DNA of 63,102 nt, the filler included, from Choristocarpus tenellus KU-1152 (lineage: Eukaryota; Protista; Phaeophyceae): NCBI GenBank assembly GCA_964200185.2. It is 9 parts of 9 records of this genome, joined end to end, with 100 filler letters (N's around TTAATTAATTAA, not from the genome) between each part and the next. Parts side by side here need not be neighbours in the genome. Positions count along the whole stretch, not along the records: positions 1 to 3,393 come from CAXNAD020020339.1; positions 3,494 to 6,238 come from CAXNAD020025112.1; positions 6,339 to 13,321 come from CAXNAD020006922.1; 6 more parts are not named here. One strand, given 5' to 3'. Shown here piece by piece: positions 1-11,907 of the stretch (position 1 is its first letter; the number at the start of each line of letters is the position of its first letter). A model generated the notes under the pieces. It was not told where the DNA came from, did no database searches, and saw only the letters and a list, made by a program, of their open reading frames with translations. The translations under genes and the position numbers were made by a program.

Positions 1-107
1 CCAAAACTTGTTTATATATACTTCAGAGTAGGTACTAGACATATTCGTTGTGGGGCGGAAAGGAGGCAGAGAGTAGGAGGAGTAAAGCCATGCTCTTGCA
101 TGAGACT

Positions 108-348
108 GATCCAAAGCAATTAAGAGGGTAGGAGTTTTGCCCTGTTTGTCCGTTCAGGGTTTGGCTTCCTACGTTTTTTTTATGCCCTTTCTCGTTTTTC
201 TGTGTGAACACAATTGCCTAAAATGCATACAACTAAGAAAGGTGTATCCAGAGCAAGGATATTGACACTTGCTAACAACAAAATAGTCAAAATTACATAA
301 AAACCGCAATATTGAATTTATGGACCCCAAACAGACGCGGCCCTACCA
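108..348 (+). mobile_element. MITE family A (Sola2-like), degenerate copy
   Basis: Collinear with the 7607-7864 copy (gagggta..ttttgccctgtttgtcc..aaggatattgacactt..ccccaaacagacgcggccctacc); both termini eroded. Confidence 0.8.
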
Positions 349-2002
349 TTTTAAATGCTTTGTCTCACTCACTTTCTAGCAATCACTAGTATCAATCTGC
401 TGAGACCATTGATCCCTTGATTACTAGTCAGAGAGTTCATATTCTAGACCTGTCAACTCTGATAGAACTATTCCCGTATCAAACTCTCATCAATAACCCA
501 TGCTTATTTCCTACTCTGCAAAACAGGATCATACTGCCCCACCTCAACAAATACTAATACTCTGCATGATTAATTCATACAAGAGATATTAATAGCATTC
601 TCTTAACACTCAATCTAGAATTAACTTCAACATACATATTGGACACGTGCATAGTGTACCTGTGTACCAGCAGTTCAGCGGCCTTGTCCACTGGATAGAA
701 CAGTATACTAGTGTTTCTGTACAACATTTTGGTCAAGACCAGTTGGGACATGCCAGACTCCTTATTTTTCGAGAGGTTTTCATGGTTTCATATTAACCTC
801 ACTCCTAATCAAATTTCACCAGGTAGGGGGTCCAGTGAATACAATACAGTAGTAAAATTGGCCTTTGCTCAGTTATTTTCAATCCTCAATAATGCTTTGC
901 AAACCCCATGACACCATTTACACTCATGTACATCATACCAAGCTCTCTATAGTCAATGACCTTCTAAATGAATAGTTCAATACTTTGTTTCCATCCCAAC
1001 CAGGGACATACTGAATGCGAGGTACAAAGTAGGGGTAGGGGGGGGGGGGTAAAAAATGTTGGTGCTGGTCTTTCTAGTAAGTACACACCTCCTTACTAGT
1101 GAGATATCTGTTTCTTCTAGCTAATTGGCGGAAAAATCAAAGATAAGATATATTAAAGGTAGAGGTCAAGATTGAATACAAGTAGTGATATTGAGGAGGT
1201 AGGGGATGTTGCCCTCGCATTGCTTTGTTTTAATTAAACAGTCGGATTCCCAAATTCATCTTATCAGCTCAGTGAGGCATACAACATCCTACCCCCTCAT
1301 CTCACTCTTGATTTGATATTGAAATCAAGCTCTAGTAGAATGCATGTGTGTGTTCATCATAGATATTGTATTGCGGGGATATTTCCATATTAAATGATTA
1401 ATTCCATTGAGCTGGTCTTGTTCTGAGAGAACAGTATATGCTACAGTCACCTTGAAGGGCATTGTTCAGCTACCTATCGCCACCACAAACACATCTTTAT
1501 CAAAGAAATCCTGAACTAAACTTGATGAAGCGATTATAACATTAGATTTCCTCTGTGGAACTGATCCCCCTCTCAAGGGCCATCGAGTCCATCTTTCGTG
1601 GAACGGACAAGAAGCACAGACATCAGTGAAGAAGAACAAGGGCAAAGCATGCTCATGGGATGGGGAAGAGATAACCTTCATGGTGGATAGGCTCCGTTCT
1701 ATGAAGGAGGCTGTCATTGTAAAGGCAAGGAGAAAGGAATCATGCTGTGTTAGTGGGGAGTAAGTGGCCTTGAAAACACGTTGTGGGTCATTGTGTGAAG
1801 GAAGAGGTTGAAACATAGGTCAAGTAGTGATCAGAAGAAATGCACACAGCTGTGTGACTGTACTGCTATCGCTTACATGTACTGGGTGGTTCCATGATGT
1901 CCTTGGAGGGCCGTTATCCACAGTAGTTGATAGATACACAGAGGAGAAAGCAGTCCATGTGATCCCTTGTCATAATAATTATATCAGAACTGTTTCAGTG
2001 CT

Positions 2003-2056
2003 GAGCCAAAGTAAATGAGAAGTATCCATTTTTTTGGCTGTTTTTGCATTTCAAGT
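2003..2056 (+). mobile_element. MITE family C 5' fragment
   Basis: gagccaaagtaaatgagaagtatcc resembles the family C terminus at 14251; a family B copy follows directly. Confidence 0.5.
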
Positions 2057-2234
2057 GGCTCAAAGTATTTGGGGGGGGATGGCGGCTGTCCATTTGGGGT
2101 CAATTTTGTCATGTCACAATTTTTTGGTAATTAGGTTGCATACGTCGGATGGATAATGTAAATGCACTTTTCCGGATTTTGGTCCAAATGGACACTCTGG
2201 TGTAGACCCCCCCCTCCCCAAGATACTTTGGCCC
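2057..2234 (+). mobile_element. MITE family B (G-rich TIR), complete
   Basis: TIRs ggctcaaagtatttggggggggg...ccccaagatactttggccc; interior similar to 58135-58313. Confidence 0.85.
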
Positions 2235-2567
2235 GGAACGGATTGCACAACATTTGTCTTTCCCATGTACAACTCCACTCCCAGAGTACAAAGTATAACC
2301 TCTCTAGGAGAGTAAAAAATTATACATATTTGCCAATATTACCACAGTATAACAATGCCTCACACATAACATGCAAAAGAAATTATGGAAACATTTCTTG
2401 GCAGGATTGTTAGCTCTGCAGTGCTTCAAGCTTGAGGTAAAGACAGGCAAGCAAAGTGTAAGTAGTATTGCTGGTACAATCTGTACAAATCAGATCACTA
2501 CAACATTGATAATGCACAATTGAGGTGGTCACTGTGGTGTTGAGCTCATTTCAGTCCCATCTCACTC

Positions 2568-2852
2568 TTAACACATTCTGTGTTCCAACCTTGGAGGTGT
2601 ATATGTCACAGTAAGGCAAACTGTGCCAGCAAGCTTGCCCTTGTTTTTTCCAGGTCCGTGTTGCAACCTGAGTTTTTGCACCTGAAAGCTCCCCGCAGCA
2701 GCAATGATTACAGTGTCACCATCTCCCTCACTGATACCAATGCCATTCTTGACCGTCCCTGCTGCAGCCAGGAATGAGTGCACTGGGAGAACGCCATGGC
2801 CAATCGTCACACCCTCAGACACGTTTGCCTTGCCAAGGTTGGCATTCCACAC
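2568..2852 (-). CDS. Exon encoding the C-terminal part of a C2 domain
   Basis: Acceptor cattacag|gtg; VWNAN...TIGHGVLPVHSFL...GKLAGTVCLTVTYTP fits the C2 beta-strand pattern; exon 3' end uncertain. Confidence 0.5.
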   Translation of the reverse strand: MWNANLGKANVSEGVTIGHGVLPVHSFLAAAGTVKNGIGISEGDGDTVIIAAAGSFQVQKLRLQHGPGKNKGKLAGTVCLTVTYTPPRLEHRMC

Positions 2853-3149
2853 CTGTAATGGTATTATGGTAAGGGATAGAGATGGGAGCTGAGCACTGCA
2901 GCACCTAAGTTGGTCGATTCAAGGGAAGTAACAAGAATAGACTGCCGTGTATCTGTCTTTAGCTTATTATATTTCAAGATGGTTTGCTATGCCCATAGGG
3001 CAAGCAGGCATCTTCAACGCAGTGTTGTAAAGTGCATGGTATCAATGGTGGGCTTTTGTTGTCCCTTGCTCACTATAGCATGTGCAACAAGGAGCCACCA
3101 AGACATAGGCATTTGGAGATCTGTTGCATCTGCGGTTAGCACCCGTTAG

Positions 3150-3357
3150 TCATAGTAAGTGAGAAGTACCCAAAGTTGTATTTTAAGGATGCCGACAAAT
3201 ATGTGCAAAATTCGACTTTTTTTACAAATGTGTATAGGATATTTTCTGGATTGTGTCGAAAAGTTTCAAACAATGGAGAAATAGACGCTCTCAACTTACA
3301 GTTTAGAACTTCATCCATAAAAATATAGGTGAATTGCAAAAGATTGAAAAACAGACT
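3150..3357 (+). mobile_element. MITE family C partial copy
   Basis: Similar to 14251-14529 and 49610-49893 (gagaagtacccaaagttg...aacttcatccataaaaatataggtgaattg). Confidence 0.75.
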
Positions 3358-3393
3358 GGGCCAAAGTATCTTGGGGAGGGGGGGGGTCTACAC
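3358..3393 (-). mobile_element. MITE family B end, truncated by gap
   Basis: Near-exact reverse complement of 2199-2234. Confidence 0.8.
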
Positions 3394-3493
3394 NNNNNNN
3401 NNNNNNNNNNNNNNNNNNNNNNNNNNNNNNNNNNNNNTTAATTAATTAANNNNNNNNNNNNNNNNNNNNNNNNNNNNNNNNNNNNNNNNNNNN
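3394..3493. other. Assembly spacer N44-TTAATTAATTAA-N44 (also 6239-6338, 13322-13421, 29531-29630, 36059-36158, 43551-43650, 49510-49609, 55284-55383)
   Basis: Identical 100-bp artificial linker with stop codons in all six frames. Confidence 0.98.
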
Positions 3494-4399
3494 GGATAGC
3501 AACCCTCGGGCGAAACCTCAACAAGTCTAACAACTTGCGATCCCCGGGAGTAGCTTTTGTTGAAACACTACTTGCAATTTAGACCAATCGGTATCACACA
3601 AGCCCCCCCGGGCTGCGCCTGGTCCATCTCCGTGGTTCCTTGACATATTGAACCCTGTCAATCAAGTAACTATGCTGGATTTTGCCCGGTTGTGTGCACT
3701 CCAAGGTCCAGCAAGCTCCATTGATCACGTGTTGGCCTTTCCCAGCCAATTCTAGTGCCGCGCTCGATCATATGATCAGGTCTCGAGAATTCAATTGAAT
3801 TATAGACAGTTCAACCACAGGAACTGATCTATGATAGCTTGTAAGGACTCCACCCCACGTTGGGGCTTACAACTCTGTTATTTGTTGAAGGAGTGAGCAT
3901 AGATCCAGTGAATGAGGGACCACATACGATCCAAACATCACATAATGCAAACGCCTCAGCTACGTTAGGAAAACCTTCCATGCTGTCTCTACAGACTTTT
4001 AAGCAAGGCAAAGACCAAGCGATTTTTATTTTTATCCCCAGTGATCAGGAAGGAACCGGTGCTTTACGCTTTTGTCTTCATGTGGTCCTTTGCTGTTGCT
4101 GGTGGACCTCACATCCTCCACATAGTCAAACTTAGGAAAGGACGTGATCACCATAGGCTTCGTGGAAGGTTAGGCACCTAGGCAGTGTTGGGGTTTCACT
4201 GACTAAACCTCCTATTGCCAACCCAGTCCTGCTCTGTACACAAGCAACCCTACCCCTTTAGGCATCGACCCTCGGAGGTTGATGGTCCCAGTGACTCTTA
4301 TCACAAGGTCCTGATACCTAGGGCTCAAGCCCGAAAAATCCACAAGAGGAAGCTAGCCACCCTAAGGCAGCCAAACATCTGATCCCGGGGGCACAACGT

Positions 4400-6212
4400 C
4401 TCGAGGTTAGGTTGAGCATCCTCTCCTTCATCTTCCGGTCCCAGAATCAGAGTTATTTCCTTGTCGTCTTCTGGAGTTGTGAATGTCGGGTTGAATGTCC
4501 ATTCCCCAATCTACTTCCCCTCAAGCTCTCCCCCAAGAGCAGGGTTGTCCATTTACACCGTGAACTAGAGAGGTACAGCAAGGCCAAAGTGAGGTTTGGC
4601 CACCACTATCGGTTCAGCAATGAAGTGCTCCCTAGTGCTCCGCCGGCGCTCACGCTCTACCAACATGTGTGGTAGATCCTCTGCTACTGCTTGGTGACAC
4701 CTAGGGCAATCGGTCTTGAGTGTCTCATAGAGGGGCTCAACTTTTGTCAGTCGCAAGGTCGTCCAGAATCCTCCAATCCTGCATCAATACAACAGCGCCC
4801 GTCCCCACTGCTAAGTTGGACAACACCCTATCTGCATGTTTGCGAGTCTTTGTTTCTCAAATTGTGCTTCAATGTAGTCGTTCCCTGCCCTAGTGCTCAG
4901 TACCCTTTCTCCCTTAGCCACATGACCTTACAGACGTAGCAAACCGTCAGCTTAGCCGATATATCTTGCCACCTATCTGCTTCCTCGAGCACTTCAGGTA
5001 CATTGCTTCGCAGCCAATCCCTAGGTGGCGCATGCACCGGTTCATCCATCTGTGTGTGCCTGTAAATCCATGTCCAGCATTGGTGTTGAAAATGGTGTTT
5101 CCACCATCATCTGGATCCATGTACTGAGGGTAAAGCATTTATTCAATGCTTGGGCTCATTGTGCCGTCGCACTGGTACACACAGGTGGGGCACCCATCTC
5201 GTGCCACAGTGCAACATTTGACACCGGTGAGGTGGCCCTAAGGCGGGCTATCGTGTGAAGGCTTCGGTTGATGAGGAATTACTTTCGCTGTGTGATCACC
5301 TTGTTCGTCCCATATACCTCAGACCGAAAACGCAATGTGGGGTGTACCACCCCCCTAACTACCGCCACCTTCATAGACAATAGTATGCTCTTGTTGCTCA
5401 AGAAGGGATGAACTGCCCCTATCAATCTATTGGCACTTTTTAAACGTGGTTCTAGCATTAGAGGTATGTCCAGAAGTCTATGGAAGTCAATTCTTAAGTT
5501 CTGGTACACTTCCACTAATGGTAGTTGTTGGCCACACAGCCTCCACCTATCTGGGGTCTCCCGCAGTAGCTATACTCCGCCCACATCAGCCATCAACCCA
5601 CACTTATGTAACCCCACAAACATCTCATTCGCCACTGTCCACCCAGGTAGATGTCCCTGCATCTTCAACATCTTGCTACCACTCGGGGTCAGGGCTGTTG
5701 CATCATCTGCAAACTTAAGTCCCGAGATCCGCACTGTCTCCAAGGTCTTGGGACATCGCATCCCAAACCGCTCCGTCCCATCAAACAGATCATTGATGAA
5801 GATATTAAACAGGACTGGTGATAAGGTACACACTTGTGTTACTCCCCTCTCTAACTTCACCGTGCCAGAAATGCGCTCCCCACACCTAACACTTACGTGG
5901 CTGTTCTTATTTATAGAAGGTCCTGATGAACCCCAACATTCGCCCAAGCACGCCATAGAAGTGCAGATTAGGGTGTACAGCTTCTTGGAGCACGGCATCG
6001 TACGCGTTCTTGAAGTCCACAAAAAGGATATATGTCCTCTTTCCAATTAGCTGTCGCCTTTTAGTAAGTTCATACAGACACACTACCTGGGTGACGCATT
6101 CTTCCTTCCGGCAGAACCCTACCTGGGCCTGACTGAACAGACCCTCCTCCTCAAACGCCAGGTTGAGGCGGTCACTGATGATAACCATCAAAACCTTCAA
6201 GACAGTCCCCAT
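4400..6212 (-). mobile_element. Decayed non-LTR retrotransposon (LINE) ORF2: reverse transcriptase plus C-terminal zinc knuckle
   Basis: RT motifs QVGFCR, FVDFKNAYD, GVTQVCTLSPVLFNIFINDL and FADD across frameshifted ORFs; CPRC..EDLPHML near 4650-4710. Confidence 0.92.
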
Positions 6213-6214
6213 GA

Positions 6215-6238
6215 GGCTTAAAGTATCTGGGAGGGGGT
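6215..6238 (+). mobile_element. MITE family B start, truncated by gap
   Basis: ggcttaaagtatctgggagggggt. Confidence 0.7.
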
Positions 6239-6634
6239 NNNNNNNNNNNNNNNNNNNNNNNNNNNNNNNNNNNNNNNNNNNNTTAATTAATTAANNNNNN
6301 NNNNNNNNNNNNNNNNNNNNNNNNNNNNNNNNNNNNNNCCCCCCCTACCGTACCACACACTTGAATCTTTAAATCAATCCGTTTGAGCTACTCAGCTTTG
6401 ATGGTCGGTGTGCTCACACAGCAAGATATAACTAAGAATACAATAAATGCAACTTGAATAAAGTACTCGTGCAAGAAATGAACATCTACCTGATTCCTTC
6501 GATTTTCATCTAGACCTCATTCAACCCTTCTGCTTTATTTGGGTCAGTTCTCTCCCCCCCCATCATACACTTACCTTGAATCTGTCCGACGGTTTTCACA
6601 CGAAATTTGTGATCTCGTCTTTGGGAAATACCAG

Positions 6635-6787
6635 GTGGATCACGGCCCCAGCGTTTTTTATTTCTTTCGTCATGATCTCGGCCTTGGTGATCCTATCCTT
6701 GTTCATTGGTGCAGTCACCATGAGTATGGCCGAGAGCATGGAAGAGATGAGGGAAGAGAATGAGCGTAGAGAGAGGCTCAGGCACAG
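6635..6787 (+). CDS. Exon of a voltage-gated cation channel (S6 helix plus downstream coiled coil)
   Basis: ccag|g acceptor; WITAPAFFISFVMISALVILSLFIGAVTMSMAESMEEMREENERRER fits the Ion_trans S6 pattern (FF.SF......LNLFIGV); donor cag|gtgtca. Confidence 0.8.
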
Positions 6788-7606
6788 GTGTCAATGGGAA
6801 GGTCACCATCCCAGTGCAAAAGTATAGATAGGACTCTGAAGTCACAGGAATGTGGTATGGTGTTACTATGTTATTGAACACGAAAACGTTTTTGCGCTTT
6901 TCTTGAGGCAGTGAATTTTGAAGTTGATGAACATACACACACAAACACACACACAACAAATATGTGCACATATTGAAGACGGGGAGAGGGCCCCTGGGAG
7001 GCAAGGTGGGTACTTGTGAACTTATGAGCATATTGTTGACACCGCTGCAACTTATATTTGAACATCAGTTGGTTGTCTCATCTTGTCACATGATTAGAAG
7101 CAATGTGCAAGATAAGGAGGTACTTTGGGAATGATTTGGTACCTTATTTTATATGCGACTGTAAGCTCAAGAGTGATGGGTAACCTATACCTCAAAGTAA
7201 GTTGTATGGAGCATGAACAACTACAAGTACAATTATTAGTCCTTTACAATTTCAAGGGATAACACCGATGCATATGATATCAAACCCTGGTAAACACCCT
7301 GCACAAAACCAAACCCACAGAGTCTTTTTTTTGTATTAGGCAGGTTTGATTTGCTCTATGTAGGAGCTACACATCCACTCAGCAACCACAGTTGACACCG
7401 AAATCCCAACACTGAGGGCTCTTTCTTTACAAGAATTGCTCTTCAACTCTTAACGTGATTTTCGAATATAGGGAGAAGGAACGCAAAAAGCTAAAACCAT
7501 CAAAAGGTCGGAGATCCTTCGCGAACACAGCCAGCACTGCCAAGGTGTAGCTTGTGTTTCCCCCATGTGTCCTGGAAACTCTCCTACAATGTTGAATCAA
7601 ACCGTT

Positions 7607-7864
7607 GAGTGAAAGTGTCTTAGAGGGTACGAGTTTTGTTCTGTTTGTCCATTTGGGGCTTGGCTTCCCACGAGTTATTTTATGACATTTTCCTACTCCA
7701 AAATGTGTCGGAGTAGGGAAGTGTATATGTGATAAAAACGTGTGTTCAGAACATAGATATTGACACTTCCTAACAAACACGATAGCCAAAACTACATCAA
7801 AATCACAATATTGGATTTTGGCCCCCAAACAGACGCGGCTCTACCCTCTGAGATACTTTGGCTC
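7607..7864 (+). mobile_element. MITE family A, complete, 4-bp TSD CGTT
   Basis: TIR gagtgaaagtgtcttagagggta...taccctctgagatactttggctc; cgtt on both sides. Confidence 0.95.
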
Positions 7865-9263
7865 CGTTTACGTTGTACCTAATGCCCAATCCACAAACAA
7901 CTAAAAACAAATTTAGAAGCAGATGCTCAATTCTAGGGATTGAAAATCTCATGAGCTGATGTGCTGTCCCTGTGGCACAAAACCCCAGATGGCAAGGAGA
8001 TGGAGTCTAGGGGCACGAAGGACTCGAGCGCATCATTCACAATCAAGTGAGTCACATGAAACTCAACCTGGCATAGGAATTTTAAACCTTTTCAGTTAGC
8101 CCTTGAGTATCTAGTAAATGCTCGTGTTCACCCATCCATGGCCAAGATATGTCCCCATATGTTCACAAAAACTTGACCACCAAGAGGGTAAGAACTTGAT
8201 GATGGACATAAAATGTTTGAAGGAACAAATTCCAATACCCCTGCTCCACCGCCCCGCTATGCTGGCCTCAAGATTCCTCTCTTCCAGAGAAATCTGTGCG
8301 GGCACGGAGATACCAAGAGAGATCAGGAGAGATAAGCGAGATTCGTCATGTAAGGGCTGGGACTATGGGTAGAGTAGGGGAGGAGAGGATTGGTAGCATT
8401 GATTCGGGTTCTTTTACACCAGTAGGGAAACTTAGCATCACCTGCCAGAGAGGTAAGCCTTTACCCTGTACTCAACCGCTTATCTCCCCTAATGAAACCA
8501 AAGCAATATAGTGTAAGGTGCGGAGTACATGACAAGATATGCGTTTCTTCATGCCTTGTGGTCATTCACTTAGCCTAAATTGTGTTCCTTTTTTAAAACC
8601 ATTTTTTTCTTTTTCTTTTTTGTTTTATTTCCATATTTTTCCATGTCTGTCTCTCTGCTTTTTGTCAGTCATTTTTGCAAAATGCTCAAGTATCATTACA
8701 CGCATTAAACTAGTATTTGTTAGTCAATCAACCAAACAATCGAAATATCAATTGAAATGCCGTGAAATACTGTAGAGAACCCAAAAGGGGGTCCCATATT
8801 TGGTGTTAATTCTATCCCTATGTGAAGATGAAGACTACTGCCGCTTCAGGTCAAGGAGGTGTAACAAATGATCTGGGAAAGATATACACCGATTAGAGAG
8901 GTGTGGCACCTGTGCCTGACTTGGTCAAGCGTCTCATTGTGCCGCAGCCTGCTTCTGGTCTGATGCAAGAGAGAGTCATCATCCATTGAAAATTCCAACA
9001 TTTCTTTCCTCCTCTAACATACCCTTCAAAATGCTCCCTCCTCAGGGACAGCAATTCATCAACTCCATTTCCTGCATCATTGCTATACACTTGAGCATGT
9101 ACATGGAGGCAACATCTGATATCAATAATCAACAAGATAGACATGAGTTTGGACCGATAATACTCACCCATTTTTTTAGTCCACCAGTTTCAAACCTACA
9201 ATCCACCCACTAGTTTCTATCTCAAGCACACAACACGCTAAAACCTACTCAACCTCAACCCCA

Positions 9264-9422
9264 AACCCTAGCCCAGCCCTAGCCCTAACCATAACCATAA
9301 CCATAACCATAGCCATAACCATAACCATAACCATAACCATAACCATAACCATAACCATAACCATAACCATAACCATAACCATAACCATAACCATAACCAT
9401 AACCATAACCATAACCGTTACC
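9264..9422 (+). repeat. (TAACCA)n telomere-variant hexamer array
   Basis: More than 20 near-perfect taacca units, preceded by degenerate ta(a/g)ccc units. Confidence 0.95.
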
Positions 9423-9514
9423 CCCTATCCCCCAATAAGAATCGCTCCAGGACTGAGTGGGTAGTCCATATATTCTTAATATGTAGGAACAGCAACATTT
9501 ATGGTAAAGGGATA

Positions 9515-9519
9515 TCTGT

Positions 9520-9562
<43 letters not shown>

Positions 9563-9563
9563 C

Positions 9564-9600
<37 letters not shown>

Positions 9601-9603
9601 ATC
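9515..9603 (+). repeat. Compound (TCTG)n(TCTA)n microsatellite
   Basis: Directly visible. Confidence 0.95.
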
Positions 9604-9682
9604 TGCGTCTCCTCATACACCTTCAGTTCTATGTTTCTTCCTATTTTCTTCTTCCATCACAAAGTTTTCATCCCACACGCAG

Positions 9683-9834
9683 ACCCTGCTCAAGAAACAA
9701 CACACAATTGCTAAGGCTGGCAGTCAGATTGGCAAAAAGATGACTTGGGTGAAGGATACTGTTAATACAATGATGCGTGCAAGCATGATAAGAGAACTGA
9801 AATCAAAGGAAAGGGTGGTAGCACTCCTGGTCAG
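9683..9834 (+). CDS. Candidate internal exon, possibly of the channel gene
   Basis: Pyrimidine tract plus cgcag acceptor; open frame TLLKKQHTIAK...MMRASMIRELKSKERVVALLV; donor cag|gtaggt; phase does not directly join the 6635-6787 exon. Confidence 0.35.
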
Positions 9835-11399
9835 GTAGGTACCACTTTAGGAAAAGAGGGGAGGAAGGGGCAGATATTTATTTTGTGTTAGGCGGGTGAG
9901 GTGTATGTGTGGTAGTGCTGGTGAGGAGGAATGGTCCATGAGGCAACGCCAAGATTTTAGTGCAGGGGGTATAGGTGGGATAATTTTGTTTAGAATGAAA
10001 AGAACAAATTGCACTGGTTTGGATATCCTGTATGCTGTGTCGTTTCAATGGGATGAAGTCGGAGTGTGACCTCCCCAGTGCACTCAAGCCTGGTCTTAGT
10101 TCCCTCCCTACTTAAATACACCGAGACTACAATGAGGTCATCTTGAAGAATAAACTTGGTCGTGAACAAACAAAATATTTATATGATCAATCCTGTGCAA
10201 TTTGTAGTTCTTGTGACAAGTGGCTTGTCTCATTGTTCCCCAGTGAGAATGTTCAGAACATTTTCAGAGTCAGTCGGTGAAAGACGAAGAAATAAGATTT
10301 TTTTGCCCAGCTCGGTTTGTCTCCAAAGTCCCCCTCTTGGTGCCAAATATTTTTTTTTTTTAACTTTTATTTTGCAAGCTTAAACAATGTTTGGTGGGGA
10401 TACACCAAACTCCACAACTTTTCAACTGGTAATTAGATGGAGACATATTCGAGAAGGCAATAGTACAGGGGTGAAAGTATAGTCCTTCAGGAGGGTAGAA
10501 CGACTGCATCAAGAACAAGATTTTCCTGCCGAGGGGGGTGGAGGGAGGGGTCTTTAGAGCAGGAGACCACTCCAAAGGTCCCATTATCTTCGGAGTCAGT
10601 TGTGCATTTTACTTCAACTTTTCTGGTTGATGTTTTCAACAATGTATACTTATCACCAGCTTGTGACCTGTCCCCTGGGTTGAAACTGTTTCAAACGTTT
10701 TTCTACCAGGGCATTAGAAGAGCCGGAACAGGCAGGAAAATCTGGAACTCAGGCTGGTGAGTTGACCTCAATGCTCAAGCTCTGAATCGGGAAAGGTGTA
10801 CAGTGCTCTCTTTTGAAGTCATCTGAGCACTTTCAACAGTAGGGAGGAAGGAGGGTAGGGATACCTCAAGTAACAAATAAGCATCTTGAAAGGAAGCCTG
10901 CACAAAATAAAAAATAACAGAATCCGCTCGATCTAAGTCATATCTTAGAGTTAGGTATACAATCATACAAGGGAGGAAATGCATGCTAAAAAATGAATAA
11001 GTCGAACTTTGCACGGAGTGAAGCTTGAGTTTCGAAATGTACACGTTATGTATTCGTGAGGTAATTGACCATTTCATGAATCATGGTTTGCTCTCGGACA
11101 TGCTACTTAGCATGCTTTTCAAATAACCCCCCCATAAAAACAAAGATGGATACAATTCAATAGTTTGCTACTCTTTACCGGTGTTGACCAGAGCTTCTCA
11201 TCTTTAACACATTCAAATATTTTCAAAATTAATCTTGTTTTACCTATGCTGCAGTTTAAGCCGACCTCCAATTCAAATTCTGCTGTTCTACTACTTAGTT
11301 CGCTTTATGTGCCGCCAAGATAGGGGGAAGGGGGAGGGGGGGGGTAAAAGGTTGTTTGGGGTAAATCAGAGGCACCTTTGCCGATCAGTGAAAAAGGAG

Positions 11400-11620
11400 G
11401 AATTCGAGGTGCATGGACACCAAGCACGATTCGAAATGGAAGTGGACCAAATCAGAACTGTCCACAACTCTCCTCGACCAATCAGCATGCGGAATTACAC
11501 GAGAATCCTTCCATGGAGGCACTCTTCTCTGATGAGCGACTATCACTGACCTACAGTTCTTCGTAGCACCCCCAGGCCACTACAGTCAGACCATCAGTAG
11601 CATCATAATTCCATCCAAGA
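11400..11620 (+). pseudogene. Possible highly decayed Gypsy RT/RNase H linker fragment
   Basis: EMEVDQIRTVHNSPRPISMR resembles MDP.KI..V..WP.P.S. Confidence 0.3.
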
Positions 11621-11644
11621 AGTAATCAACCACCTATCTGTGAT

Positions 11645-11907
11645 GAGTGAAAGTATCTTGGAGGGTACGAGTTTTGCCCTATTTGTCCATTCAGGACTTG
11701 GCTTCCCACGAGTTTTTTTATAACATTTTCCTACTCCAAAATGTTTCGCAGTAGGCAAAATGTATACGTTATGAAAAGGTATGTCTGGAACAAGGATATC
11801 GACACTTCCTAACTAACACAACAGCCAAAATCACATCAAAATCGCAAAATTGGATTTTGGTCCCCAGATCGACGCTGCCCTACCCTCCCTCTAAGATACT
11901 TTGGCTC
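11645..11907 (+). mobile_element. MITE family A, complete, 4-bp TSD TGAT
   Basis: Both TIRs present; tgat on both sides. Confidence 0.95.

Noticed and set aside
1466-1965. Further minus-strand exons of the C2 gene (e.g. ..TSWNHPVH|gtaag)
   Set aside because: Plausible splice signals but no recognisable domain or consistent phase chain
3438-3449. TTAATTAATTAA motif repeated eight times
   Set aside because: Artificial spacer centred in identical N blocks, not biological
7427-7828. Recurrent short ORFs (e.g. GKPSPKWTNR; also 14655, 15890, 36276)
   Set aside because: Chance translations of MITE A; frames are not conserved between copies
7607-7864. MITE A as an introner (intron-generating element)
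   Set aside because: It has GT near each end but no terminal AG in either orientation, and no copy sits in an intact exon
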